This document shows, in pieces, positions 1 through 9,425 of a stretch of DNA of 64,000 bases. The translations under genes and the position numbers were made by a program. Positions within the stretch are counted from its first letter, which is position 1; the number at the start of each line of letters is the position of its first letter. The notes below the pieces were generated by a model. The model searched no databases. It was given only the letters and a program-made list of their open reading frames with translations, and was not told the DNA's origin. The stretch comes from Actinomycetota bacterium (GTDB lineage: Bacteria; Actinomycetota; Rubrobacteria; Rubrobacterales; Rubrobacteraceae). The stretch lies in the NCBI GenBank assembly GCA_046732815.1, contig JBKPNW010000063.1, positions 3,370-67,369 on the forward strand, in the 5' to 3' direction.

Positions 1-860
1 CTCGCGAAGGTCCTGCGCCCCTTGCGCAGGGTCTCCGAGACGGGCCATAGCCAGGCGAGGTCGAGATGCGCGTGGCCCGTCAGGGCGAGGCGCCCGACCG
101 GCGGATACTCCGTCTTGAGGAGATCGAGCCCGGAGGCCACGATCTTCCGCGCTGCGCGCACCGCGCTCCGCGTCTCTTCGGAGAGAGGCTCGACGGGCCT
201 CGGGGCTGGCGGCAGGCTCCACGGTCCCCCTTCGGTCGACTCGGCGTAGGCCTCGAGATAACGCGTGAGGGCGACCTCGCTACCCGAGGGCCAGGAGGAG
301 AACATGGTCGCGAACGCGGCATCGATGATGTCGAGGAGGTGCGGTATGACTTCGTGATCCCCCAGCTGCTCGCAGACCTCGACGATGAGGCCGAGGTCCC
401 GCTCCAACGCCCGCACTTCCTTCTCGGGGATCACGAGCGAAGACCGGCTCAGCTGTGGCCTGGCGACGTTAGAGCCGAACATCCCCCGCGGCACGACCTC
501 GGCCTCGATTCCGACCGTCTCCCCGCCCGCAGCCTCCTGCGTCACGGGGAAGCTGCGATGGAAGGGATTGAGGCCCCCGCTGAACCCCGTCGAGAGGCTG
601 ACGAACCCCTCGCCGCCGAGCCAGAGCTCCAGCTCGACGGGAGAACCGGACCAGTCCCCGGGTATCCTCGCCTCCGCCGAGAAGCTCACCGGCAGCGCGT
701 CCTCGGGCCAGGCATCTCCGAGTCCTATCTTCTGACCCTCCCCGCCGTCGGCCGAGAAACGCCACTCCTCGATGCGGCTCTCTCTGGAGTTGCGCCACAA
801 CTTCAGCTCCTCGACGCGGACCCTGTGACGGTCCAGACGGTGTCTCTCGCGGGTGTTCAT
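1..860 (-). CDS. GH38 alpha-mannosidase, N-terminal part (runs off the window)
   Basis: Hand translation from ATG at 860 (MNTRERHRLDRH...) stays open to the window edge and contains GHAHLDLAWLWP, the GH38 metal-binding motif. Missing from the supplied ORF track because it has no stop in the window. Confidence 0.85.
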   Translation of the reverse strand, partial: MNTRERHRLDRHRVRVEELKLWRNSRESRIEEWRFSADGGEGQKIGLGDAWPEDALPVSFSAEARIPGDWSGSPVELELWLGGEGFVSLSTGFSGGLNPFHRSFPVTQEAAGGETVGIEAEVVPRGMFGSNVARPQLSRSSLVIPEKEVRALERDLGLIVEVCEQLGDHEVIPHLLDIIDAAFATMFSSWPSGSEVALTRYLEAYAESTEGGPWSLPPAPRPVEPLSEETRSAVRAARKIVASGLDLLKTEYPPVGRLALTGHAHLDLAWLWPVSETLRKGRRTFA

Positions 861-932
861 TCGTCTCCCTCTATTCGGACGCGACGACAGGCGTAGATAT
901 TAGACGCTTTGCCCTGCGCGGGCTTGCCTCAA

Positions 933-1009
933 ACAGCCAGTCAGCTAGTCAGAATTTCAGCTGGTCAGCTGCTTTGCTGAAGTGCTGACCGGCTGAATTG
1001 CTGACTAGC
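933..1009. repeat. TCAGC/GCTGA-array element E1
   Basis: (T/A)CAG(C/A) at 933, 941, 949, 957, 965, then GCTGA at 976, 984, 992, 1000: exact 8-nt period. Arms 944-969 and 984-1009 form a 23/26 inverted repeat. Confidence 0.9.
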
Positions 1010-1047
1010 GCGCCGTGCATGAGGCTCACAAGCCTCATGCACGGCGC
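1010..1047. repeat. Perfect 17-4-17 palindrome abutting E1
   Basis: gcgccgtgcatgaggct-caca-agcctcatgcacggcgc. Confidence 0.95.
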
Positions 1048-1092
1048 TTTGGACCTATATACTCTGTCGGGGAGAGACGAAAGGAGAATTCC

Positions 1093-2664
1093 GTGAGCGA
1101 GAAGGTCTACCGCAGCGAGCTTACACCGGTCAGCTTCCTCAGGCGCAGCGCCTACATGTTCCCCGAGAAGACCGCCGTCGTCTACGGCGGGCGGCGTTAC
1201 TCCTACAGAGAGTTGGAAGAACGTGTCAACCGCCTGTCCTCGCGGCTGCGCGACGCCGGGCTAGAGAAGGGCGACCGCGTCGCCTTCCTGTGCCCCAACA
1301 CGCCGCCCATGCTGGAGGGCCACTTCGCCGTACCCGCCGCCGGACTCGTGCTCGTCGCCATCAACACCCGCCTCGGCAAGGACGAGGTCTCCTACATAGT
1401 CGAACACTCCGGCGCCAAGATGGCCTTCGTGGACGCCGAGCTGGAGGAGTTGCTCGCCGACGTCGAGGGCGTCGAGATCGTTCGCATAGACGATACAGGG
1501 GAGCGGGGAGACCCGTACGAGGATTATCTGGCCGAAGGCTCGCCGGAGCCGGTACCCGACGTACTCGAGGACGAAGAAGAGACCATCTCTATCAACTACA
1601 CCTCGGGTACCACAGGTCGGCCGAAGGGTGTGATGTATACGTACCGGGGGGCTTACCTGAGCGCGCTCGGAAACGCCATCGAGATCGGGATGGGCTACGA
1701 GACCAGATACTTGTGGACCCTCCCCATGTTCCACTGCAACGGGTGGACGTTCCCGTGGGCCGTTACGGCCGTCGCGGGGACGCACGTGTGCCTGAGGCGG
1801 GTCGAGCCGCCGCGCATCTGGGAGCTCTTCGAGGAAGAGGGGATCACCCACTACTGCGCGGCACCGACCGTCCAGATCGGCATAGTCAACGAGGAAGCGG
1901 CACACCCATTGGAGACGCGCGTAACCGCGGCCATCGCCGGTGCCCCGCCCTCCCCCACCCTGCTCGGCGGTCTCCTCGAACTGAACATCCGGCCGATGCA
2001 CATCTACGGCCTCACCGAGACCTACGGCCCGATGACGACGAGCGGGGTCCATCCCGAGTGGGAGGAATTGGAGATGGACGAGCGCGCCGGCCTCATGGCC
2101 AGGCAGGGCCAGGGCTACACGACCGCAGACCTCGTGCGCGTCGTCGACGAGAACATGAACGACGTCGAGCGCGACGGGGAGACGATGGGTGAGATCGTGA
2201 TGCACGGCAACATGGTCGCCAAGGGTTACTTCGAGAACGAGGAGGCCACCGAGGAAGCGTTCGAGGGCGGCTGGTACCACTCCGGCGACGTGGCGGTGTG
2301 GCACCCCGACGGGTACGTGGAGATCAGGGACCGCAACAAGGACATCATCGTCTCGGGCGGCGAGAACATCTCGACCATCGAGGTGGAGCAGGCCGTCTCA
2401 CGCCACCCGGCCGTGATGGAGGCAGCCGTCGTCGCCGTTCCCCACGAGAAGTGGGGCGAGCGTCCCAAGGCTTTTGTCGTGCTCAAGAAGGGGCTGAAGG
2501 CTACTGAAGAGGAGATAATAGACTTCTGCAAGGAGCACATCGCCCGCTTCAAAGCCCCCGAGGCCGTCGAGTTCACCGAGCTACCCAAGACCTCGACGGG
2601 CAAGGTCCAGAAGTTCGTGTTGCGCGAGAAGGAATGGGCCGGCCGTGAAAAGCAGGTGAATTAG
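1093..2664 (+). CDS. Acyl-CoA synthetase (AMP-forming fatty-acid CoA ligase)
   Basis: AMP-binding motifs YTSGTTGRPKG, YGLTET, GD, RxKD and PKTSTGK; RBS aaggag before GTG 1093. Confidence 0.92.
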   Translation: MSEKVYRSELTPVSFLRRSAYMFPEKTAVVYGGRRYSYRELEERVNRLSSRLRDAGLEKGDRVAFLCPNTPPMLEGHFAVPAAGLVLVAINTRLGKDEVSYIVEHSGAKMAFVDAELEELLADVEGVEIVRIDDTGERGDPYEDYLAEGSPEPVPDVLEDEEETISINYTSGTTGRPKGVMYTYRGAYLSALGNAIEIGMGYETRYLWTLPMFHCNGWTFPWAVTAVAGTHVCLRRVEPPRIWELFEEEGITHYCAAPTVQIGIVNEEAAHPLETRVTAAIAGAPPSPTLLGGLLELNIRPMHIYGLTETYGPMTTSGVHPEWEELEMDERAGLMARQGQGYTTADLVRVVDENMNDVERDGETMGEIVMHGNMVAKGYFENEEATEEAFEGGWYHSGDVAVWHPDGYVEIRDRNKDIIVSGGENISTIEVEQAVSRHPAVMEAAVVAVPHEKWGERPKAFVVLKKGLKATEEEIIDFCKEHIARFKAPEAVEFTELPKTSTGKVQKFVLREKEWAGREKQVN

Positions 2665-2674
2665 AGGAGTTGCC

Positions 2675-3466
2675 ATGATCGAAGCCCAGAAGACCTACGA
2701 GCACATTGTTTTCGAGCAAGATGGCGTTGTCGCGTACGTTAGTATGAACCGTCCGAACAAACGCAACGCGCTCTCGCTCGCCCACATGAAGGAGTTGATC
2801 TCTTGCTTCAAGGGGATCGGGGAGAGCGGGGACGTTTCAGTGGTCATCCTGCGGGGGGAGGGGCCCGCGTTCTGCGCCGGGCACGACCTCTCGGAGATGA
2901 TCGGGCAAGTTCCCGGATTCTACCGGCACCTCTTCGACGTCTGTTGCGAGTTGATGGAGACCATCCAGGCCATCCCACAACCCGTGATCGCGCAGGTCCA
3001 CGCCACGGCTACCGCCGCGGGATGCCAGCTCGCGGCTACGTGTGACCTCGTGGTGGCCTCCGAGGAGGCGCGGTTCGCCACGCCCGGTGTGCGCATCGGG
3101 CTGTTCTGTTCGACCCCCATGGTCGCCCTCTCTCGCGCCATCGGCCAGAAGAAGGCGATGGAGATGCTCCTTACGGGCGAGTTCGTCCCGGCGGACGAAG
3201 CCCTTGCGGAAGGCCTCGTCAACAGGGTGGTTTCGGCCGAGGAACTCGAGGCCGAGACACGCTCCTTGGCCGAGAAGATAGCGGAGGCCAGCCCGCTTAT
3301 CGTGGGGCTCGGCAAACAAGCGTTCTACCGTCAGCTCGAGATGCCCACCGAACAGGCCTACGCCTACACCAAAGAGGTCATGTCCTTCAACGCCTCCTTC
3401 GCGGACGCCCAGGAGGGCATGTGCGCGTTTCTGGAGAAGCGTAAGCCGGAGTGGAAGGGTCGCTGA
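2675..3466 (+). CDS. Enoyl-CoA hydratase/isomerase family protein
   Basis: Crotonase motifs FCAGHDLSE, AAGCQL and FLEKRKP C-terminus. Confidence 0.92.
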   Translation: MIEAQKTYEHIVFEQDGVVAYVSMNRPNKRNALSLAHMKELISCFKGIGESGDVSVVILRGEGPAFCAGHDLSEMIGQVPGFYRHLFDVCCELMETIQAIPQPVIAQVHATATAAGCQLAATCDLVVASEEARFATPGVRIGLFCSTPMVALSRAIGQKKAMEMLLTGEFVPADEALAEGLVNRVVSAEELEAETRSLAEKIAEASPLIVGLGKQAFYRQLEMPTEQAYAYTKEVMSFNASFADAQEGMCAFLEKRKPEWKGR

Positions 3467-3480
3467 GACCGTACTCGACC

Positions 3481-3804
3481 ATGACGGATACTATCGCCCG
3501 GCCGGCGGAGAAGGAAGAGCAGAAGACGGAGGGGTTGCCCCCTTACAACGTGGTGTTGCACGACGACAACGATCATAGTTACGAGTACGTGATCCTGATG
3601 TTGAAGAGTATTTTCGGGCATCCATTCGCGAAGGGCTACGAGATGGCACGGGAGGTCGACGATATGGGCCGAGTCGTCGTGGCGACAACCAACCTAGAGC
3701 AAGCCGAGTTGAAGCGGGATCAGATCCAGGCCTTCGGCCCCGACCCGCTTATCCCGCATTGCAAAGGCTCGATGTCGGCTACCGTGGAGGCCGCATCCGC
3801 CTGA
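3481..3804 (+). CDS. clpS: ATP-dependent Clp protease adaptor ClpS
   Basis: PPYNVVLHDDNDHSYEYV motif, about 107 aa. Confidence 0.85.
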   Translation: MTDTIARPAEKEEQKTEGLPPYNVVLHDDNDHSYEYVILMLKSIFGHPFAKGYEMAREVDDMGRVVVATTNLEQAELKRDQIQAFGPDPLIPHCKGSMSATVEAASA

Positions 3805-3974
3805 CGTTCGGCCTTACGGCCTCAGCAAGTCAGCACGCTACGGCCTGCGGCCTCCGCTTGTCAGCACGCCGTCTCGCTTCGCTCGGCGGCTCGTCAGCAT
3901 TTCAGCTTGTCAGCTTTTTGTTCTGGCTGAAATGCTGAAGTGCTGACAAGCCGCGAAGCGGCGTGCTGAAATGC
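3805..3974. repeat. TCAGC/GCTGA-array element E2 with four hairpin modules
   Basis: Starts at the clpS stop. TCAGC arm, T-rich centre, GCTGA arm. The 29-mer at 3941-3969 is the exact reverse complement of 8084-8112 and 14899-14927. Confidence 0.92.
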
Positions 3975-3998
3975 GCGGTTTGCAATCCTGCAAACCGC
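3975..3998. repeat. Perfect 10-4-10 palindrome abutting E2 (possible terminator between convergent genes)
   Basis: gcggtttgca-atcc-tgcaaaccgc. Confidence 0.85.
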
Positions 3999-3999
3999 T

Positions 4000-5307
4000 C
4001 TAGGACTGATCCCAATACGTAACGGCACCATCCTTGCACTTGACGAAGCGTACGTTGCTGTCCTGCGAAATGACGACGGCTATGGCGTCGGGGAGCGCTT
4101 TGCAGAGCCGGTAGGCGGAGCGGTGGCGGGTGCCCACGCCTTCGGCCGGCTCATCGACCGCGGTGTCCGCTTCGACGTCGAGGGCTCTGGCGACGGTCTG
4201 CACGGCCGGTAGTTTGCCGGAGATCTCACCACCGAAGCCGAGCATCTCGAAGCGCTGGGTCATTACCACGGCGCCGTCTACGGCGGTGAGGCCGGCGATC
4301 AGGTGGGCCACCTCGAAGATGGCCTCGTCGAGCCCGGTCAACTCTCTGTCGCTGCTCGCCTCGTAGTCGTCCCAGCCTACGGGGTCCCTGGCCGGCGTAC
4401 CGGCGTAAGAGCGGGCCAGGGCGTTCATCACGTCGACTATTAGCGTGCGGAAGCGTCGGCGCGGCTCCGCGTCGATGAACTTGTATTTGAGGGACACGTA
4501 GCGGCCCTCTAGGATATCGTCGGCCAGGTATGGTGGGACGATAACGACCGTTCCCCCGTGATGGGAGTCCCTGACCGCGGCGATGATACGTTTTATCGTG
4601 TGTTGCCCGATCACGCGGATGAGATCGTTGTCGAGGCGGGCCCAGACCTCCCCCTTCTTCCGTGCCTGATCGCGGAGTCCGGCATGGATCTCCGCGAGCT
4701 CGCCCCTTACCGGCGCGAAGGCGTTGGGGAGCCAGCGGGAGTCGAATACGTCCATCGACGCATCCGAGAGCCTGCCTTCCTCGAGCTTGCAGAGGGACTC
4801 CGAACCGACGTCGATGGCTATGCGTCCCGGGCCGTGCACGCGGAGGACCAGGGCCTGCGGCAGGGGCGGTGGGACGTCCCTGCCACCCTGTCCTCCCCTC
4901 AACCACCGCTGTCCCGAGTGGACGAGTCCCCAGATCCCGAGGCCCTCTTCCTCGTCGAAGCCGATCCCTATGAGCGAGCGGTAATAGTCGACGGCGGGGG
5001 AGAGCCTCCTTATCTCTTGCATGTCGAACGGTCTCGTCCTCGGGAACTCCAGCCTGTGCGTCCCGCCCGGCGGTCCTTCGCGCGGCGGCAGCACGTCAGG
5101 TTCGCAGAGGATCACCCTGAACGTGACGGCGCGCTCCTCTTCTTGCAACAGACTGGCCTGGTAGCAGGCGGAGATCAGGGTCTCGAGTTCGCCCTGGTCG
5201 GGCAATGCGCCGACCCTGTCCTCGTCCCACCGCTCGCGAACCAGGCGGGCGAGGTCCGCAGGGTAAGCGTCCTGGGTGGTTCTACGCGTGTCTTCCACAG
5301 AACTCAT
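4000..5307 (-). CDS. Diadenylate cyclase (DisA_N/DAC) domain protein with an N-terminal putative sensor domain
   Basis: Both DAC catalytic motifs present (AVDGAVVM and GTRHRSA) in the C-terminal region; start ATG 5307. Confidence 0.75.
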   Translation of the reverse strand: MSSVEDTRRTTQDAYPADLARLVRERWDEDRVGALPDQGELETLISACYQASLLQEEERAVTFRVILCEPDVLPPREGPPGGTHRLEFPRTRPFDMQEIRRLSPAVDYYRSLIGIGFDEEEGLGIWGLVHSGQRWLRGGQGGRDVPPPLPQALVLRVHGPGRIAIDVGSESLCKLEEGRLSDASMDVFDSRWLPNAFAPVRGELAEIHAGLRDQARKKGEVWARLDNDLIRVIGQHTIKRIIAAVRDSHHGGTVVIVPPYLADDILEGRYVSLKYKFIDAEPRRRFRTLIVDVMNALARSYAGTPARDPVGWDDYEASSDRELTGLDEAIFEVAHLIAGLTAVDGAVVMTQRFEMLGFGGEISGKLPAVQTVARALDVEADTAVDEPAEGVGTRHRSAYRLCKALPDAIAVVISQDSNVRFVKCKDGAVTYWDQS

Positions 5308-5308
5308 T

Positions 5309-6490
5309 CTATTCTCCCGCCGGCGCCAGGCGCAGGATACGGTCGTCCTGCTCGCTGATCGGGGTACCGTAGGAGTCATAATTGGAGGTCGAGACCCACA
5401 GGGATCCGTCGGGAGCCTGGGCAACGTCCCGCACGCGGCCGATCTCCCCGTCGAGGAGCTTCTCCCTGCTTACGACCTCGCCCCTTCTGTCCAGCGCCAG
5501 GTGCCAGAGGCACTCTCCCCGCAGGGCGGTCACGAAGAGGTCGCCTTCCCACTGCGGGATAGCGCCATCGAGCAGGATCTCCGCCCCGCTGGGGGATGCT
5601 TCCGAGGTCGGCCAGACTGTGATGGGATCTACGTACCCCTGATCCTCGCCGCCCCTGCCCTCGACAGCGGGCCAGCCGTAGTTCTCTCCGGCTTCGATCC
5701 TGTTGACCTCATCCCACGTGTTCTGGCCGAATTCGCTCGCGTAGAGCCTTCCCCTTGCGTCCCAGGCGAGCCCCTCCACGTTGCGGTGGCCGTAGGAGTA
5801 GACGGGGCTGCCGGGGAAGGGGTTGTCAGGCGGAACGGAACCGTCGGGCTCTATCCGCAGGATCTTACCCCCTAGAGAGTCTCTGTCCTGGGAGTTCCCG
5901 GATTCTCCGGCGTCGCCCGTACTCGCGTAGAGCATGCCGTCGGGGCCGAACTTGATCCTACCCCCGTCGTGATACGTGTTGACGGGGATGCCCGTCAGTA
6001 GGGGCTCCGGCTTCTCGCCCAGGCGGAACCTTACGACGCGATTGTCTATCTCCGTCGTGTAGTAGGCATAGATATAGCGGTCATCCTCGTAGTCGGGGGA
6101 GACGGCGACGCCGAGGAGCCCGCCCTCGCCCGAGCCACCCTCAGGGAGGGTCTGGATCTCGCGAACGTCACCGGAGGGGCTCACCCGCAGGAGCTTCCCC
6201 GAGTCCCGCTCGGTGACGAGGGCGTCCCCACCGGGTAAGAACGCGAACGACCAGGGCACCCTCAGATTCGTGGCGAGGGTGCTTACCTCGACCCGCCTCA
6301 CGGAGGTCCTACCAGTATCCGCGGTGCTCTCCTCTCTCTTCCCTTGCCCAGTAGTTATCGGCTCGATGGCGTCCCCGCTCTTTCCACCCTCTTGTGCGGA
6401 CCGGTCGCACGCCGCGCAAAAAAGTGCGAGCAGAGCCGCCAGCAACACGGTCCTGCCAAACGAGGCGCTCTTCCGTTCTGAGCCTGGCAT
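5309..6490 (-). CDS. PQQ-dependent sugar (glucose/sorbosone) dehydrogenase, probable lipoprotein
   Basis: PWSFAFLP, GEGGLLG, HDGGRIKFGPDG and YGHRNVEG motifs; hydrophobic N-terminus with Cys. Confidence 0.88.
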   Translation of the reverse strand: MPGSERKSASFGRTVLLAALLALFCAACDRSAQEGGKSGDAIEPITTGQGKREESTADTGRTSVRRVEVSTLATNLRVPWSFAFLPGGDALVTERDSGKLLRVSPSGDVREIQTLPEGGSGEGGLLGVAVSPDYEDDRYIYAYYTTEIDNRVVRFRLGEKPEPLLTGIPVNTYHDGGRIKFGPDGMLYASTGDAGESGNSQDRDSLGGKILRIEPDGSVPPDNPFPGSPVYSYGHRNVEGLAWDARGRLYASEFGQNTWDEVNRIEAGENYGWPAVEGRGGEDQGYVDPITVWPTSEASPSGAEILLDGAIPQWEGDLFVTALRGECLWHLALDRRGEVVSREKLLDGEIGRVRDVAQAPDGSLWVSTSNYDSYGTPISEQDDRILRLAPAGE

Positions 6491-6724
6491 GCCCTCTCTA
6501 CTGCGATACCGACGAAGATTATATTGCGCGTGGGCCTGATATCGCCCTCCGGACGGAGCGTGCATACTCGATCCTTCCTTCGACGGGCGGTCCAGAGGTT
6601 ACGGAAACACGCTCTACTGCCGTCTCGCCCATGCTCTAGAATCGTGAACCAATGCTGTATTTTGGCGACGCGAAAGCAGGCCAGTGGTAAGAGAAGACAC
6701 CGAAAGTAATCTGGGGCGGGAAGC

Positions 6725-8068
6725 TTGAGGGCGCATCTGGATAGGTTGCGGCCCGTGCTTGGTGTCGCCTTCCTGGTCGGGTACGTGTGGCAGACGTTCG
6801 TGCCGGACTCTCTTGGGACGGACCTCTTTCTGGTAGTCGGGGCGGTGATGTTCGCGATCTCCGTGCCGTGGTCGAGCGTTTTCCACAGGGCGTTCGTGCT
6901 GGTGGCCTTCGTGGCGCTGGGCGCGGCGATTCTTACCGCGCGGTTCGATCTCGCGGATTTTCTCGCGGGGATGCCCACCTACTTCGGGATCGTGGCGGTG
7001 TTGATCGTCCTCAGCATGGCGGGGTATCCGATCCAGGCGGCCCGCTACGAGGTCCAGATCCGGGCCCTGATGGCGGCGCTGACCCGCAGGGGCGTGAGCT
7101 TGAAGGCGACGGCCGGAGTCCTCGGGCACGTGCTCGGTGCGGTTCTTGACGTTGGAGCGTTCGTCCTTATAGATGTGATCTCCGGCCGCTCTGCACCCAA
7201 AGAGCGCCTGGAGGCACTGAAATGGGCGGGACGAGCCTTCTCTTTCGCACCCCTCTGGACCAACCTGAACGTATTGACCGCGACGACCATCGTTCTGACG
7301 GGCGTCTCCTACCCGCAGCTCCTCGCGGTTACGCTCCCCTTCGTGCTCCTCGGCCTCGCAGGAACGCTGCTCTTCGCCCAGAGGGCGGGGGGTGAAGTCG
7401 AAGAGATCCCGCAGGCGCCGCTGGACCGGGGGGCTGCCGCCGTCCTTCTCTACCCAGTTCTACTCATCGGGGCCGTCGCGCTGGTCAACCTGGCGTTTCC
7501 CAGACTTCCGCTCACGGCGGCCATCGCGGTGACGGTCGTGTCTATCGTGCTCCTGATCGCGGCGCTTGCGGCTGTGCTCACCCGCAGGGTGACGCCCCTG
7601 GCACGGCTAGGACGGGAGGCGCGCGGCTCGCTCACTTCCTCGCACCCCGAGTTCACCCTTTTCGGGGCTGCCGGCATCCTAGTCCTCTCTTTGCAGGCCC
7701 TCGGCGCTCTCACCCCACTCGGCGCGTTGCTCTCGGCCCTGCCCGACGTGCTCGTCGCGCCCGCGCTCGCGGTGATCATGGCCGTCGGGTTCGTCGCCGG
7801 CATCCACGTGATCCCGATGGTGCTCCTGCTCAATGCCGCCTTCCCGCTGGACGGCGGGCCGGCTCCGGCGCTGTGGGCGGCGGCCCTCCTGCTCGGCGCC
7901 CAGTCCACCCTCTTGCTCACCCCCTTCTCCAGCGCCGTCACCATGCTCTCACGGCTGACCGGGCTGCACCCGCTGGAGATCGGACCCAGGCGCAACCTGG
8001 GGTTCGGCCTCATCGTATCGGCGGCCGCCATGCTGTACCTGGGGTTCATTACGCTGTTGCTCTTGTGA
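6725..8068 (+). CDS. Multi-pass membrane protein, unknown function (transporter-like)
   Basis: 447 aa ORF with about 10-12 hydrophobic segments; no motif recognised. Confidence 0.65.
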   Translation: MRAHLDRLRPVLGVAFLVGYVWQTFVPDSLGTDLFLVVGAVMFAISVPWSSVFHRAFVLVAFVALGAAILTARFDLADFLAGMPTYFGIVAVLIVLSMAGYPIQAARYEVQIRALMAALTRRGVSLKATAGVLGHVLGAVLDVGAFVLIDVISGRSAPKERLEALKWAGRAFSFAPLWTNLNVLTATTIVLTGVSYPQLLAVTLPFVLLGLAGTLLFAQRAGGEVEEIPQAPLDRGAAAVLLYPVLLIGAVALVNLAFPRLPLTAAIAVTVVSIVLLIAALAAVLTRRVTPLARLGREARGSLTSSHPEFTLFGAAGILVLSLQALGALTPLGALLSALPDVLVAPALAVIMAVGFVAGIHVIPMVLLLNAAFPLDGGPAPALWAAALLLGAQSTLLLTPFSSAVTMLSRLTGLHPLEIGPRRNLGFGLIVSAAAMLYLGFITLLLL

Positions 8069-8070
8069 AA

Positions 8071-8122
8071 GCTGGTCAGCTTGTCAGCACGCCGCTTCGC
8101 GGCTTGTCAGCATTTCAGCTTG
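8071..8122. repeat. TCAGC-array half element E3
   Basis: Four TCAGC units and the GCCGC-GAA-GCGGC module (minus strand), 2 nt after a stop codon. Confidence 0.9.
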
Positions 8123-8193
8123 CTTGGGACCCTGCGGGCGTAGTAGAGTCGAGATGTGGAGGGTTCCTGTTGGCTAGAGGAATGAGAGACTAG

Positions 8194-8958
8194 ATGGTAG
8201 TGTTCCTGATCCTGTTGTTGTTCGCTGTTATCTTCCTGGCTGCGGGCGGCGTGCTGCTGTACTTCCGTAACAGGACCAAGCAGAAGTCAGCGCTCATGAG
8301 CCAGACCGAGACCTCCACAGCATCGGAGGTCAGCGGGCTGCCGCCGGGGACGATGGTCGAGGTCAAGGGGATGCTGCGCTGCGAGGAGCCCCTTACCAGC
8401 GAGATGGCCGAGAAAACCTGTGCGTACTACTCTTCCACGGTAACACGAGAGTATCTCAGGCCCGACTACGACGATGATGACAACGACGTCGGGTCGGACC
8501 GGCGCTCCGAGATAATCGCCCAGAACGTGCAGTTCGCGCCCTTTGTCGTAGAGGACGACAGCGGCTCGGCAGCGGTGGACGCGGAAGGCGCCGAGGTCGA
8601 TGCCAGGCAGGTGATGAACCGTTTCGACAGGAACACGGGGAACGAAGGGACCTTCTCGCTCGGCGGGGTGAGCGTCAATCTCAGCGGTGGGGAGCGCACT
8701 ATCGGCTACCGCTACACCGAGAGCATCCTCCCCGTCGACGAGTCGGTCTACGTGCTCGGCACCGTACAGGAGGACGGCGGGATCGGGGCCTCACAGTCCG
8801 GCGAAGAGGGTCATAGTTTCGTCGTCAGCCACCGCTCCGAGGAGGCGCTGAGCCAGAGCCTCGGCAAGACCGTACTCTGGCTCGGCGTGGGAGGCGCCGC
8901 TTCCCTCGTTCTCGGCGTGGTCCTGCTCGTCGTCGGGATCATCTTACTGGTGTCTTGA
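8194..8958 (+). CDS. GIDE-domain-like membrane-anchored protein
   Basis: N- and C-terminal TM helices around a soluble domain with VEVKG..CEEPL.S...CAYY and RYTESILP..ESVYVLG patterns, which I associate with the GIDE family (from memory). Confidence 0.6.
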   Translation: MVVFLILLLFAVIFLAAGGVLLYFRNRTKQKSALMSQTETSTASEVSGLPPGTMVEVKGMLRCEEPLTSEMAEKTCAYYSSTVTREYLRPDYDDDDNDVGSDRRSEIIAQNVQFAPFVVEDDSGSAAVDAEGAEVDARQVMNRFDRNTGNEGTFSLGGVSVNLSGGERTIGYRYTESILPVDESVYVLGTVQEDGGIGASQSGEEGHSFVVSHRSEEALSQSLGKTVLWLGVGGAASLVLGVVLLVVGIILLVS

Positions 8959-9035
8959 CAGCATTTCAGCACGCTACGCCCTCCGGGCTCCGCTTGTCAG
9001 CACTTCAGCTGGTCAGCTTCTTGCTGAATTGCTGA
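8958..9035. repeat. TCAGC/GCTGA-array element E4
   Basis: Begins at a stop codon. TCAGC units, GCCC-GGA-GGGC module, ttctt centre, two GCTGA units. Confidence 0.9.
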
Positions 9036-9345
9036 TCCCAAGTCCGGGTGAACACGAACGGCACGACGCAGCGAGCCTTCGATTGCGGGACCTCTCCTCC
9101 TCCCAGCCCAGAAGCTCGCTCGGGGGGTCGGGCAGCCCGGGTTTGTCCGTATCGCCGAAGCCCCTAAGGTCGGGTGCGACCACGTCGAACTCTCCGGCGA
9201 GCACCGGTATATTCTTGCGCCAGGCGAACCAGAACTCGGGCCACCCGTGCAACAGCACCAGGGGGAGCCCTTCGCCGTGGCGGACGTAGTGAATGCCGAT
9301 CCCGTTCGCCTCCAGATGCTGATGGTTCCACTCGAATCCGTTCAG
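9013..9345 (-). pseudogene. Truncated epoxide-hydrolase-like alpha/beta hydrolase (N-terminal third only)
   Basis: HYVRHGEGLPLVLLHGWPEFWFAWRK and VVAPDLRGFGDTDKP present; homology stops before the nucleophile elbow; RBS ggagg followed by CTG. Confidence 0.75.
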
Positions 9346-9376
9346 GCTACTTCCTCCGACACGTAGTCTCCGCAAA

Positions 9377-9424
9377 GCCAGCAATTAGCCGGAGAAGCTG
9401 ACCGCTGACGGCTGATTGCTGGCC
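9377..9424. repeat. Degenerate GCTGA-array element E5 (7-nt period)
   Basis: gctga-cc-gctga-cg-gctga-tt-gctgg at 9397-9422, with a decayed left arm. Confidence 0.7.
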
Positions 9425-9425
9425 C

